This document shows, piece by piece, positions 13,025-28,000 of a stretch of DNA of 64,000 bases. The notes beneath the pieces are model-generated. The model did not search any database. It was not told the origin of the DNA and was given only the letters and a program-made list of their open reading frames with translations. Position 1 is the stretch's first letter; each line of letters starts with the position of its first letter. The stretch comes from Auanema rhodensis (taxonomy: Eukaryota; Animalia; Nematoda): NCBI GenBank assembly GCA_964057225.1, contig CAXKVF010000072.1:1-64000 (forward strand). The letters are read 5' to 3'. Made by a program: the position numbers and the translations under genes.

Positions 13025-14784
13025 AATATGGACATGGGGAATCTAATTTTGAAAACCGCATCTCTTTATCTTTCACGTGAAGCGAGTTACATACCAAGTG
13101 CACATCACGTGTACATTTAATTAGCATAAATTAAAGTTCACGTAAAATTCAAAGTCATGGTTACCATGCACCAATATCAATAAAAATTTGTTTTTAGACT
13201 AATATGGACATGGGGAATCTAATTTTGAAAACCGCATCTCTTTATCTTTCACGTGGAGCGAGTTACATACCAAGTGCACATCACGTGTACATTTAATTAG
13301 CATAAATTAAAGTTCACGTAAATTTCAAAGTCATGGTTACCATGAAGCAATATCAATAAAAATTTGTTTTTAGACTAATATGGACATGGGGAATCTAATT
13401 TTGAAAACCGCATCTCTTTATCTTTCACGTGAAGCGAGTTACATACCAAGTGCACATCACGTGTACATTTAATTAGCATAAATTAAAGTTCACGTAAATT
13501 TCAAAGTCATGGTTACCATGAACCAATATCAATAAAAATTTGTTTTTAGACTAATATGGACATGGGGAATCTAATTTTGAAAACCGCATCTCTTTATCTT
13601 TCACGTGAAGCGAGTTACATACCAAGTGCACATCACGTGTACATTTAATTAGCATAAATTAAAGTTCACGTAAAATTCAAAGTCATGGTTACCATGCACC
13701 AATATCAATAAAAATTTGTTTTTAGACTAATATGGACATGGGGAATCTAATTTTGAAAACCGCATCTCTTTATCTTTCACGTGAAGCGAGTTACATACCA
13801 AGTGCACATCACGTGTACATTTAATTAGCATAAATTAAAGTTCACGTAAATTTCAAAGTCATGGTTACCATGCACCAATATCAATAAAAATTTATTTTTA
13901 GACTAATATGGACATGGGGAATCTAATTTTGAAAACCGCATCTCTTTATCTTTCCCGTGAAGCGAGTTACATACCAAGTGCACATCACGTGTACATTTAA
14001 TTAGCATAAATTAAAGTTCACGTAAATTTCAAAGTCATGGTTACCATGCACCAATATCAATAAAAATTTGTTTTTAGACTAATATGGACATGGGGAATCT
14101 AATTTTGAAAACCGCATCTCTTTATCTTTCACGTGAAGCGAGTTACATACCAAGTGCACATCACGTGTACATTTAATTAGCATAAATTAAAGTTCACGTA
14201 AATTTCAAAGTCATGGTTACCATGAACCAATATCAATAAAAATTTGTTTTTAGACTAATATGGACATGGGGAATCTAATTTTGAAAACCGCATCTCTTTA
14301 TCTTTCACGTGAAGCGAGTTACATACCAAGTGCACATCACGTGTACATTTAATTAGCATAAATTAAAGTTCACGTAAATTTCAAAGTCATGGTTACCATG
14401 AAGCAATATCAATAAAAATTTGTTTTTAGACTAATATGGACATGGGGAATCTAATTTTGAAAACCGCATCTCTTTATCTTTCACGTGAAGCGAGTTACAT
14501 ACCAAGTGCACATCACGTGTACATTTAATTAGCATAAATTAAAGTTCACGTAAATTTCAAAGTCATGGTTACCATGCACCAATATCAATAAAAATTTGTT
14601 TTTAGACTAATATGGACATGGGGAATCTAATTTTGAAAACCGCATCTCTTTATCTTTCACGTGGAGCGAGTTACATACCAAGTGCACATCACGTGTACAT
14701 TTAATTAGCATAAATTAAAGTTCACGTAAATTTCAAAGTCATGGTTACCATGAAGCAATATCAATAAAAATTTGTTTTTAGACT

Positions 14785-17700
14785 AATATGGACATGGGGA
14801 ATCTAATTTTGAAAACCGCATCTCTTTATCTTTCACGTGAAGCGAGTTACATACCAAGTGCACATCACGTGTACATTTAATTAGCATAAATTAAAGTTCA
14901 CGTAAATTTCAAAGTCATGGTTACCATAAACCAATATCAATAAAAATTTGTTTTTAGACTAATATGGACATGGGGAATCTAATTTTGAAAACCGCATCTC
15001 TTTATCTTTCACGTGAAGCGAGTTACATACCAAGTGCAGATCACGTGTACATTTAATTAGCATAAATTAAAGTTCACGTAAATTTCAAAGTCATGGTTAC
15101 CATGCACCAATATCAATAAAAATTTGTTTTTAGACTAATATGGACATGGGGAATCTAATTTTGAAAACCGCATCTCTTTATCTTTCACGTGAAGCGAGTT
15201 ACATACCAAGTGCACATCACGTGTACATTTAATTAGCATAAATTAAAGTTCACGTAAATTTCAAAGTCATGGTTACCATGAAGCAATATCAATAAAAATT
15301 TGTTTTTAGACTAATATGGACATGGGGAATCTAATTTTGAAAACCGCATCTCTTTATCTTTCACGTGAAGCGAGTTACATACCAAGTGCACATCACGTGT
15401 ACATTTAATTAGCATAAATTAAAGTTCACGTAAATTTCAAAGTCATGGTTACCATGCACCAATATCAATAAAAATTTGTTTTTAGACTAATATGGACATG
15501 GGGAATCTAATTTTGAAAACCGCATCTCTTTATCTTTCACGTGAAGCGAGTTACATACCAAGTGCACATCACGTGTACATTTAATTAGCATAAATTAAAG
15601 TTCACGTAAATTTCAAAGTCATGGTTACCATGCACCAATATCAATAAAAATTTGTTTTTAGACTAATATGGACATGGGGAATCTAATTTTGGAAACCGCA
15701 TCTCTTTATCTTTCACGTGAAGCGAGTTACATACCAAGTGCACATCACGTGTACATTTAATTAGCATAAATTAAAGTTCACGTAAATTTCAAAGTCATGG
15801 TTACCATGAAGCAATATCAATAAAAATTTGTTTTTAGACTAATATGGACATGGGGAATCTAATTTTGAAAACCGCATCTCTTTATCTTTCACGTGAAGCG
15901 AGTTACATACCAAGTGCACATCACGTGTACATTTAATTAGCATAAATTAAAGTTCACGTAAATTTCAAAGTCATGGTTACCATGAACCAATATCAATAAA
16001 AATTTGTTTTTAGACTAATATGGACATGGGGAATCTAATTTTGAAAACCGCATCTCTTTATCTTTCACGTGAAGCGAGTTACATACCAAGTGCACATCAC
16101 GTGTACATTTAATTAGCATAAATTAAAGTTCACGTAAATTTCAAAGTCATGGTTACCATGCACCAATATCAATAAAAATTTGTTTTTAGACTAATATGGA
16201 CATGGGGAATCTAATTTTGAAAACCGCATCTCTTTATCTTTCACGTGGAGCGAGTTACATACCAAGTGCACATCACGTGTACATTTAATTAGCATAAATT
16301 AAAGTTCACGTAAATTTCAAAGTCATGGTTACCATGAAGCAATATCAATAAAAATTTGTTTTTAGACTAATATGGACATGGGGAATCTAATTTTGAAAAC
16401 CGCATCTCTTTATCTTTCACGTGAAGCGAGTTACATACCAAGTGCACATCACGTGTACATTTAATTAGCATAAATTAAAGTTCACGTAAATTTCAAAGTC
16501 ATGGTTACCATGAAGCAATATCAATAAAAATTTGTTTTTAGACTAATATGGACATGGGGAATCTAATTTTGAAAACCGCATCTCTTTATCTTTCACGTGA
16601 AGCGAGTTACATACCAAGTGCACATCACGTGTACATTTAATTAGCATAAATTAAAGTTCACGTAAATTTCAAAGTCATGGTTACCATAAACCAATATCAA
16701 TAAAAATTTGTTTTTAGACTAATATGGACATGGGGAATCTAATTTTGAAAACCGCATCTCTTTATCTTTCACGTGAAGCGAGTTACATACCAAGTGCAGA
16801 TCACGTGTACATTTAATTAGCATAAATTAAAGTTCACGTAAATTTCAAAGTCATGGTTACCATGCACCAATATCAATAAAAATTTGTTTTTAGACTAATA
16901 TGGACATGGGGAATCTAATTTTGAAAACCGCATCTCTTTATCTTTCACGTGAAGCGAGTTACATACCAAGTGCACATCACGTGTACATTTAATTAGCATA
17001 AATTAAAGTTCACGTAAATTTCAAAGTCATGGTTACCATGAAGCAATATCAATAAAAATTTGTTTTTAGACTAATATGGACATGGGGAATCTAATTTTGA
17101 AAACCGCATCTCTTTATCTTTCACGTGAAGCGAGTTACATACCAAGTGCACATCACGTGTACATTTAATTAGCATAAATTAAAGTTCACGTAAATTTCAA
17201 AGTCATGGTTACCATGCACCAATATCAATAAAAATTTGTTTTTAGACTAATATGGACATGGGGAATCTAATTTTGAAAACCGCATCTCTTTATCTTTCAC
17301 GTGAAGCGAGTTACATACCAAGTGCACATCACGTGTACATTTAATTAGCATAAATTAAAGTTCACGTAAATTTCAAAGTCATGGTTACCATGCACCAATA
17401 TCAATAAAAATTTGTTTTTAGACTAATATGGACATGGGGAATCTAATTTTGGAAACCGCATCTCTTTATCTTTCACGTGAAGCGAGTTACATACCAAGTG
17501 CACATCACGTGTACATTTAATTAGCATAAATTAAAGTTCACGTAAATTTCAAAGTCATGGTTACCATGAAGCAATATCAATAAAAATTTGTTTTTAGACT
17601 AATATGGACATGGGGAATCTAATTTTGAAAACCGCATCTCTTTATCTTTCACGTGAAGCGAGTTACATACCAAGTGCACATCACGTGTACATTTAATTAG

Positions 17701-18304
17701 CATAAATTAAAGTTCACGTAAATTTCAAAGTCATGGTTACCATGAACCAATATCAATAAAAATTTGTTTTTAGACTAATATGGACATGGGGAATCTAATT
17801 TTGAAAACCGCATCTCTTTATCTTTCACGTGAAGCGAGTTACATACCAAGTGCACATCACGTGTACATTTAATTAGCATAAATTAAAGTTCACGTAAATT
17901 TCAAAGTCATGGTTACCATGCACCAATATCAATAAAAATTTGTTTTTAGACTAATATGGACATGGGGAATCTAATTTTGAAAACCGCATCTCTTTATCTT
18001 TCACGTGGAGCGAGTTACATACCAAGTGCACATCACGTGTACATTTAATTAGCATAAATTAAAGTTCACGTAAATTTCAAAGTCATGGTTACCATGAAGC
18101 AATATCAATAAAAATTTGTTTTTAGACTAATATGGACATGGGGAATCTAATTTTGAAAACCGCATCTCTTTATCTTTCACGTGAAGCGAGTTACATACCA
18201 AGTGCACATCACGTGTACATTTAATTAGCATAAATTAAAGTTCACGTAAATTTCAAAGTCATGGTTACCATGAACCAATATCAATAAAAATTTGTTTTTA
18301 GACT
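14785..18304 (+). repeat. 10-monomer (1760-bp) tandem duplication
   Basis: Rare markers GTGCAGA (15039/16799) and TTTTGGAAACC (15692/17452) are both offset by 1760 bp. CATAAACC and GTGGAG monomers and the allele order match in 9 of 10 monomers. Confidence 0.9.
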
Positions 18305-21300
18305 AATATGGACATGGGGAATCTAATTTTGAAAACCGCATCTCTTTATCTTTCACGTGAAGCGAGTTACATACCAAGTGCACATCACGTGTACATTTAA
18401 TTAGCATAAATTAAAGTTCACGTAAATTTCAAAGTCATGGTTACCATGCACCAATATCAATAAAAATTTGTTTTTAGACTAATATGGACATGGGGAATCT
18501 AATTTTGAAAACCGCATCTCTTTATCTTTCACGTGAAGCGAGTTACATACCAAGTGCACATCACGTGTACATTTAATTAGCATAAATTAATGTTCACGTA
18601 AATTTCAAAGTCATGGTTACCATGAAGCAATATCAATAAAAATTTGTTTTTAGACTAATATGGACATGGGGAATCTAATTTTGAAAACCGCATCTTTTTA
18701 TCTTTCACGTGAAGCGAGTTACATACCAAGTGCACATCACGTGTACATTTAATTAGCATAAATTAAAGTTCACGTAAATTTCAAAGTCATGGTTACCATA
18801 AACCAATATCAATAAAAATTTGTTTTTAGACTAATATGGACATGGGGAATCTAATTTTGAAAACCGCATCTCTTTATCTTTCACGTGAAGCGAGTTACAT
18901 ACCAAGTGCACATCACGTGTACATTTAATTAGCATAAATTAAAGTTCACGTAAATTTCAAAGTCATGGTTACCATGCACCAATATCAATAAAAATTTATT
19001 TTTAGACTAATATGGACATGGGGAATCTAATTTTGAAAACCGCATCTCTTTATCTTTCCCGTGAAGCGAGTTACATACCAAGTGCACATCACGTGTACAT
19101 TTAATTAGCATAAATTAAAGTTCACGTAAATTTCAAAGTCATGGTTACCATGCACCAATATCAATAAAAATTTGTTTTTAGACTAATATGGACATGGGGA
19201 ATCTAATTTTGAAAACCGCATCTCTTTATCTTTCACGTGAAGCGAGTTACATACCAAGTGCACATCACGTGTACATTTAATTAGCATAAATTAAAGTTCA
19301 CGTAAATTTCAAAGTCATGGTTACCATGAACCAATATCAATAAAAATTTGTTTTTAGACTAATATGGACATGGGGAATCTAATTTTGAAAACCGCATCTC
19401 TTTATCTTTCACGTGAAGCGAGTTACATACCAAGTGCACATCACGTGTACATTTAATTAGCATAAATTAAAGTTCACGTAAATTTCAAAGTCATGGTTAC
19501 CATGAAGCAATATCAATAAAAATTTGTTTTTAGACTAATATGGACATGGGGAATCTAATTTTGAAAACCGCATCTCTTTATCTTTCACGTGAAGCGAGTT
19601 ACATACCAAGTGCACATCACGTGTACATTTAATTAGCATAAATTAAAGTTCACGTAAATTTCAAAGTCATGGTTACCATGCACCAATATCAATAAAAATT
19701 TGTTTTTAGACTAATATGGACATGGGGAATCTAATTTTGAAAACCGCATCTCTTTATCTTTCACGTGGAGCGAGTTACATACCAAGTGCACATCACGTGT
19801 ACATTTAATTAGCATAAATTAAAGTTCACGTAAATTTCAAAGTCATGGTTACCATAAACCAATATCAATAAAAATTTGTTTTTAGACTAATATGGACATG
19901 GGGAATCTAATTTTGAAAACCGCATCTCTTTATCTTTCACGTGAAGCGAGTTACATACCAAGTGCACATCACGTGTACATTTAATTAGCATAAACTAAAG
20001 TTCACGTAAATTTCAAAGTCATGGTTACCATGAAGCAATATCAATAAAAATTTGTTTTTAGACTAATATGGACATGGGGAATCTAATTTTGAAAACCGCA
20101 TCTCTTTATCTTTCACGTGAAGCGAGTTACATACCAAGTGCACATCACGTGTACATTTAATTAGCATAAATTAAAGTTCACGTAAATTTCAAAGTCATGG
20201 TTACCATGCACCAATATCAATAAAAATTTGTTTTTAGACTAATATGGACATGGGGAATCTAATTTTGAAAACCGCATCTCTTTATCTTTCACGTGAAGCG
20301 AGTTACATACCAAGTGCACATCACGTGTACATTTAATTAGCATAAATTAAAGTTCACGTAAATTTCAAAGTCATGGTTACCATGAACCAATATCAATAAA
20401 AATTTGTTTTTAGACTAATATGGACATGGGGAATCTAATTTTGAAAACCGCATCTCTTTATCTTTCACGTGAAGCGAGTTACATACCAAGTGCACATCAC
20501 GTGTACATTTAATTAGCATAAATTAAAGTTCACGTAAATTTCAAAGTCATGGTTACCATGAAGCAATATCAATAAAAATTTGTTTTTAGACTAATATGGA
20601 CATGGGGAATCTAATTTTGAAAACCGCATCTCTTTATCTTTCACGTGAAGCGAGTTACATACCAAGTGCACATCACGTGTACATTTAATTAGCATAAATT
20701 AAAGTTCACGTAAATTTCAAAGTCATGGTTACCATGCACCAATATCAATAAAAATTTGTTTTTAGACTAATATGGACATGGGGAATCTAATTTTGAAAAC
20801 CGCATCTCTTTATCTTTCACGTGGAGCGAGTTACATACCAAGTGCACATCACGTGTACATTTAATTAGCATAAATTAAAGTTCACGTAAATTTCAAAGTC
20901 ATGGTTACCATGAAGCAATATCAATAAAAATTTGTTTTTAGACTAATATGGACATGGGGAATCTAATTTTGAAAACCGCATCTCTTTATCTTTCACGTGA
21001 AGCGAGTTACATACCAAGTGCACATCACGTGTACATTTAATTAGCATAAATTAAAGTTCACGTAAATTTCAAAGTCATGGTTACCATAAACCAATATCAA
21101 TAAAAATTTGTTTTTAGACTAATATGGACATGGGGAATCTAATTTTGAAAACCGCATCTCTTTATCTTTCACGTGAAGCGAGTTACATACCAAGTGCACA
21201 TCACGTGTACATTTAATTAGCATAAACTAAAGTTCACGTAAATTTCAAAGTCATGGTTACCATGAAGCAATATCAATAAAAATTTGTTTTTAGACTAATA

Positions 21301-22000
21301 TGGACATGGGGAATCTAATTTTGAAAACCGCATCTCTTTATCTTTCACGTGAAGCGAGTTACATACCAAGTGCACATCACGTGTACATTTAATTAGCATA
21401 AATTAAAGTTCACGTAAATTTCAAAGTCATGGTTACCATGCACCAATATCAATAAAAATTTGTTTTTAGACTAATATGGACATGGGGAATCTAATTTTGA
21501 AAACCGCATCTCTTTATCTTTCACGTGGAGCGAGTTACATACCAAGTGCACATCACGTGTACATTTAATTAGCATAAATTAAAGTTCACGTAAATTTCAA
21601 AGTCATGGTTACCATGAAGCAATATCAATAAAAATTTGTTTTTAGACTAATATGGACATGGGGAATCTAATTTTGAAAACCGCATCTCTTTATCTTTCAC
21701 GTGAAGCGAGTTACATACCAAGTGCACATCACGTGTACATTTAATTAGCATAAATTAAAGTTCACGTAAATTTCAAAGTCATGGTTACCATAAACCAATA
21801 TCAATAAAAATTTGTTTTTAGACTAATATGGACATGGGGAATCTAATTTTGAAAACCGCATCTCTTTATCTTTCACGTGAAGCGAGTTACATACCAAGTG
21901 CACATCACGTGTACATTTAATTAGCATAAATTAAAGTTCACGTAAATTTCAAAGTCATGGTTACCATGCACCAATATCAATAAAAATTTATTTTTAGACT

Positions 22001-25000
22001 AATATGGACATGGGGAATCTAATTTTGAAAACCGCATCTCTTTATCTTTCCCGTGAAGCGAGTTACATACCAAGTGCACATCACGTGTACATTTAATTAG
22101 CATAAATTAAAGTTCACGTAAATTTCAAAGTCATGGTTACCATGCACCAATATCAATAAAAATTTGTTTTTAGACTAATATGGACATGGGGAATCTAATT
22201 TTGAAAACCGCATCTCTTTATCTTCCACGTGAAGCGAGTTACATACCAAGTGCACATCACGTGTACATTTAATTAGCATAAATTAAAGTTCACGTAAATT
22301 TCAAAGTCATGGTTACCATGCACCAATATCAATAAAAATTTGTTTTTAGACTAATATGGACATGGGGAATCTAATTTTGAAAACCGCATCTCTTTATCTT
22401 TCACGTGAAGCGAGTTACATACCAAGTGCACATCACGTGTACATTTAATTAGCATAAATTAAAGTTCACGTAAATTTCAAAGTCATGGTTACCATGAAGC
22501 AATATCAATAAAAATTTGTTTTTAGACTAATATGGACATGGGGAATCTAATTTTGAAAACCGCATCTCTTTATCTTTCACGTGAAGCGAGTTACATACCA
22601 AGTGCACATCACGTGTACATTTAATTAGCATAAATTAAAGTTCACGTAAATTTCAAAGTCATGGTTACCATGAACCAATATCAATAAAAATTTGTTTTTA
22701 GACTAATATGGACATGGGGAATCTAATTTTGAAAACCGCATCTCTTTATCTTTCACGTGGAGCGAGTTACATACCAAGTGCACATCACGTGTACATTTAA
22801 TTAGCATAAATTAAAGTTCACGTAAATTTCAAAGTCATGGTTACCATGAAGCAATATCAATAAAAATTTGTTTTTAGACTAATATGGACATGGGGAATCT
22901 AATTTTGAAAACCGCATCTCTTTATCTTTCACGTGAAGCGAGTTACATACCAAGTGCACATCACGTGTACATTTAATTAGCATAAATTAAAGTTCACGTA
23001 AATTTCAAAGTCATGGTTACCATGAACCAATATCAATAAAAATTTGTTTTTAGACTAATATGGACATGGGGAATCTAATTTTGAAAACCGCATCTCTTTA
23101 TCTTTCACGTGAAGCGAGTTACATACCAAGTGCACATCACGTGTACATTTAATTAGCATAAATTAAAGTTCACGTAAATTTCAAAGTCATGGTTACCATG
23201 CACCAATATCAATAAAAATTTGTTTTTAGACTAATATGGACATGGGGAATCTAATTTTGAAAACCGCATCTCTTTATCTTTCACGTGAAGCGAGTTACAT
23301 ACCAAGTGCACATCACGTGTACATTTAATTAGCATAAATTAATGTTCACGTAAATTTCAAAGTCATGGTTACCATGAAGCAATATCAATAAAAATTTGTT
23401 TTTAGACTAATATGGACATGGGGAATCTAATTTTGAAAACCGCATCTTTTTATCTTTCACGTGAAGCGAGTTACATACCAAGTGCACATCACGTGTACAT
23501 TTAATTAGCATAAATTAAAGTTCACGTAAATTTCAAAGTCATGGTTACCATGAACCAATATCAATAAAAATTTGTTTTTAGACTAATATGGACATGGGGA
23601 ATCTAATTTTGAAAACCGCATCTCTTTATCTTTCACGTGAAGCGAGTTACATACCAAGTGCACATCACGTGTACATTTAATTAGCATAAATTAAAGTTCA
23701 CGTAAATTTCAAAGTCATGGTTACCATGAAGCAATATCAATAAAAATTTGTTTTTAGACTAATATGGACATGGGGAATCTAATTTTGAAAACCGCATCTC
23801 TTTATCTTTCACGTGAAGCGAGTTACATACCAAGTGCACATCACGTGTACATTTAATTAGCATAAATTAAAGTTCACGTAAATTTCAAAGTCATGGTTAC
23901 CATGCACCAATATCATAAAAATTGGTTTTTAGACTAATATGGACATGAGGAATCTAATTTTGAAAACCGCATCTCTTTATCTTTCACGTGAAGCGAGTTA
24001 CATACCAAGTGCACATCACGTGTACATTTAATTAGCATAAATTAAAGTTCACGTAAATTTCAAAGTCATGGTTACCATGCACCAATATCAATAAAAATTT
24101 GTTTTTAGACTAATATGGACATGGGGAATCTAATTTTGAAAACCGCATCTCTTTATATTTCACGTGAAGCGAGTTACATACCAAGTGCACATCACGTGTA
24201 CATTTAATTAGCATAAATTAAAGTTCACGTAAATTTCAAAGTCATGGTTACCATGCACCAATATCAATAAAAATTTGTTTTTAGACTAATATGTACATGG
24301 AAAAACTAATTTTGAAAACCGCATCTCTTTATCTTTCACGTGAAGCGAGTTACATACCAAGTGCACATCACGTGTACATTTAATTAGCATAAATTAAAGT
24401 TCACGTAAATTTCAAAGTCATGGTTACCATGCACCAATATCAATAAAAATCTGTTTTTAGACTAATATGGACATGGGGGATCTAATTTTGAAAACCGCAT
24501 CTCTTTATCTTTCACGTGAAGCGAGTTACATACCAAGTGCACATCACGTGTACATTTAATTAGCATAAATTAAAGTTCACGTAAATTTCAAAGTCATGGT
24601 TACCATGCACCAATATCAATAAAAATTTGTTTTTAGACTAATATGGACATGGGGAATCTAATTTTGAAAACCGCATCTCTTTATCTTTCACGTCAAGCGA
24701 GTTACATACCAAGTGCACATCACGTGTACATTTAATTAGCATAAATTAAAGTTCACGTAAATTTCAAAGTCATGGTTACCATTAACCAATATCAATAAAA
24801 ATCTGTTTTTAGACTAATATGGACATGGGGGATCTAATTTTGAAAACCGCATCTCTTTATCTTTCACGTGAAGCGAGTTACATACCAAGTGCACATCACG
24901 TGTACATTTAATTAGCATAAATTAAAGTTCACGTAAATTTCAAAGTCATGGTTACCATGCACCAATATCAATAAAAATTTGTTTTTAGACTAATATGGAC

Positions 25001-28000
25001 ATGGGGAATCTAATTTTGAAAACCGCATCTCTTTATCTTTCACGTCAAGCGAGTTACATACCAAGTGCACATCACGTGTACATTTAATTAGCATAAATTA
25101 AAGTTCACGTAAATTTCAAAGTCATGGTTACCATTAACCAATATCAATAAAAATTTGTTTTTAGACTAATATGGACATGGGGAATCTAATTTTGAAAACC
25201 GCATCTCTTTATCTTTCACGTGAAGCGAGTTACATACCAAGTGCACATCACGTGTACATTTAATTAGCATAAATTAAAGTTCACGTAAATTTCAAAGTCA
25301 TGGTTACCATGCACCAATATCAATAAAAATTTGTTTTTAGACTAATATGGACATGGGGAATCTAATTTTGAAAACCGCATCTCTTTATCTTCCACGTGAA
25401 GCGAGTTACATACCAAGTGCACATCACGTGTACATTTAATTAGCATAAATTAAAGTTCACGTAAATTTCAAAGTCATGGTTACCATGAACCAATATCAAT
25501 AAAAATTTGTTTTTAGACTAATATGGACATGGGGAATCTAATTTTGAAAACCGCATCTCTTTATCTTTCACGTGAAGCGAGTTACATATCAAGTGCACAT
25601 CACGTGTACATTTAATTAGCATAAATTAAAGTTCACGTAAATTTCAAAGTCATGGTTACCATGAACCAATATCAATAAAAATTTGTTTTTAGACTAATAT
25701 GGACATGGGGAATCAAAGTTTGAAAACCGCATCTCTTTATCTTCCACGTGAAGCGAGTTACATACCAAGTGCACATCACGTGTACATTTAATTAGCATAA
25801 ATTAAAGTTCACGTAAATTTCAAAGTCATGGTTACCATGAACCAATATCAATAAAAATTTGTTTTTAGACTAATATGGACATGGGGAATCAAAGTTTGAA
25901 AACCGCATCTCTTTATCTTTCACGTGAAGCGAGTTACATACCAAGTGCACATCACGTGTACATTTAATTAGCATAAATTAAAGTTCACGTAAATTTCAAA
26001 GTCATGGTTACCATTAACCAATATCAATAAAAATTTGTTTTTAGACTAATATGGACATGGGGAATCTAATTTTGAAAACCGCATCTCTTTATCTTTCACG
26101 TGAAGCGAGTTACATACCAAGTGCACATCACGTGTACATTTAATTAGCATAAATTAAAGTTCACGTAAATTTCAAAGTCATGGTTACCATGCACCAATAT
26201 CAATAAAAATCTGTTTTTAGACTAATATGGACATGGGGGATCTAATTTTGAAAACCGCATCTCTTTATCTTTCACGTGAAGCGAGTTACATACCAAGTGC
26301 ACATCACGTGTACATTTAATTAGCATAAAATAAAGTTCACGTAAATTTCAAAGTCATGGTTACCATGCACCAATATCAATAAAAATTTGTTTTTAGACTA
26401 ATATGGACATGGGGAATCTAATTTTGAAAACCGCATCTCTTTATCTTTCACGTCAAGCGAGTTACATACCAAGTGCACATCACGTGTACATTTAATTAGC
26501 ATAAATTAAAGTTCACGTAAATTTCAAAGTCATGGTTACCATTAACCAATATCAATAAAAATTTGTTTTTAGACTAATATGGACATGGGGAATCTAATTT
26601 TGAAAACCGCATCTCTTTATCTTTCACGTGAAGCGAGTTACATACCAAGTGCACATCACGTGTACATTTAATTAGCATAAATTAAAGTTCACGTAAATTT
26701 CAAAGTCATGGTTACCATGAACCAATATCAATAAAAATTTGTTTTTAGACTAATATGGACATGGGGAATCTAATTTTGAAAACCGCATCTCTTTATCTTT
26801 CACGTGAAGCGAGTTACATATCAAGTGCACATCACGTGTACATTTAATTAGCATAAATTAAAGTTCACGTAAATTTCAAAGTCATGGTTACCATGAACCA
26901 ATATCAATAAAAATTTGTTTTTAGACTAATATGGACATGGGGAATCTAATTTTGAAAACCGCATCTCTTTATCTTCCACGTGAAGCGAGTTACATACCAA
27001 GTGCACATCACGTGTACATTTAATTAGCATAAATTAAAGTTCACGTAAATTTCAAAGTCATGGTTACCATGCACCAATATCAATAAAAATTTGTTTTTAG
27101 ACTAATATGGACATGGGGAATCTAATTTTGAAAACCGCATCTCTTTATCTTCCACGTGAAGCGAGTTACATACCAAGTGCACATCACGTGTACATTTAAT
27201 TAGCATAAATTAAAGTTCACGTAAATTTCAAAGTCATGGTTACCATGAACCAATATCAATAAAAATTTGTTTTTAGACTAATATGGACATGGGGAATCTA
27301 ATTTTGAAAACCGCATCTCTTTATCTTTCACGTGAAGCGAGTTACATATCAAGTGCACATCACGTGTACATTTAATTAGCATAAATTAAAGTTCACGTAA
27401 ATTTCAAAGTCATGGTTACCATGAACCAATATCAATAAAAATTTGTTTTTAGACTAATATGGACATGGGGAATCAAAGTTTGAAAACCGCATCTCTTTAT
27501 CTTCCACGTGAAGCGAGTTACATACCAAGTGCACATCACGTGTACATTTAATTAGCATAAATTAAAGTTCACGTAAATTTCAAAGTCATGGTTACCATGA
27601 ACCAATATCAATAAAAATTTGTTTTTAGACTAATATGGACATGGGGAATCAAAGTTTGAAAACCGCATCTCTTTATCTTTCACGTGAAGCGAGTTACATA
27701 CCAAGTGCACATCACGTGTACATTTAATTAGCATAAATTAAAGTTCACGTAAATTTCAAAGTCATGGTTACCATTAACCAATATCAATAAAAATTTGTTT
27801 TTAGACTAATATGGACATGGGGAATCTAATTTTGAAAACCGCATCTCTTTATCTTTCACGTGAAGCGAGTTACATACCAAGTGCACATCACGTGTACATT
27901 TAATTAGCATAAATTAAAGTTCACGTAAATTTCAAAGTCATGGTTACCATGCACCAATATCAATAAAAATTTGTTTTCAGACTAATATGGACATGGGGAA

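Larger units (their letters stand above)
1..23935 (+). repeat. Satellite variant domain L (left)
   Basis: Characteristic alleles: CATGAAGC (monomer pos 145-147), CACGTGGAG (A56G), CATAAACC (G144A), AGTTTACG (C115T). The recurrent right-domain alleles are essentially absent before about 22.2 kb. Confidence 0.8.
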
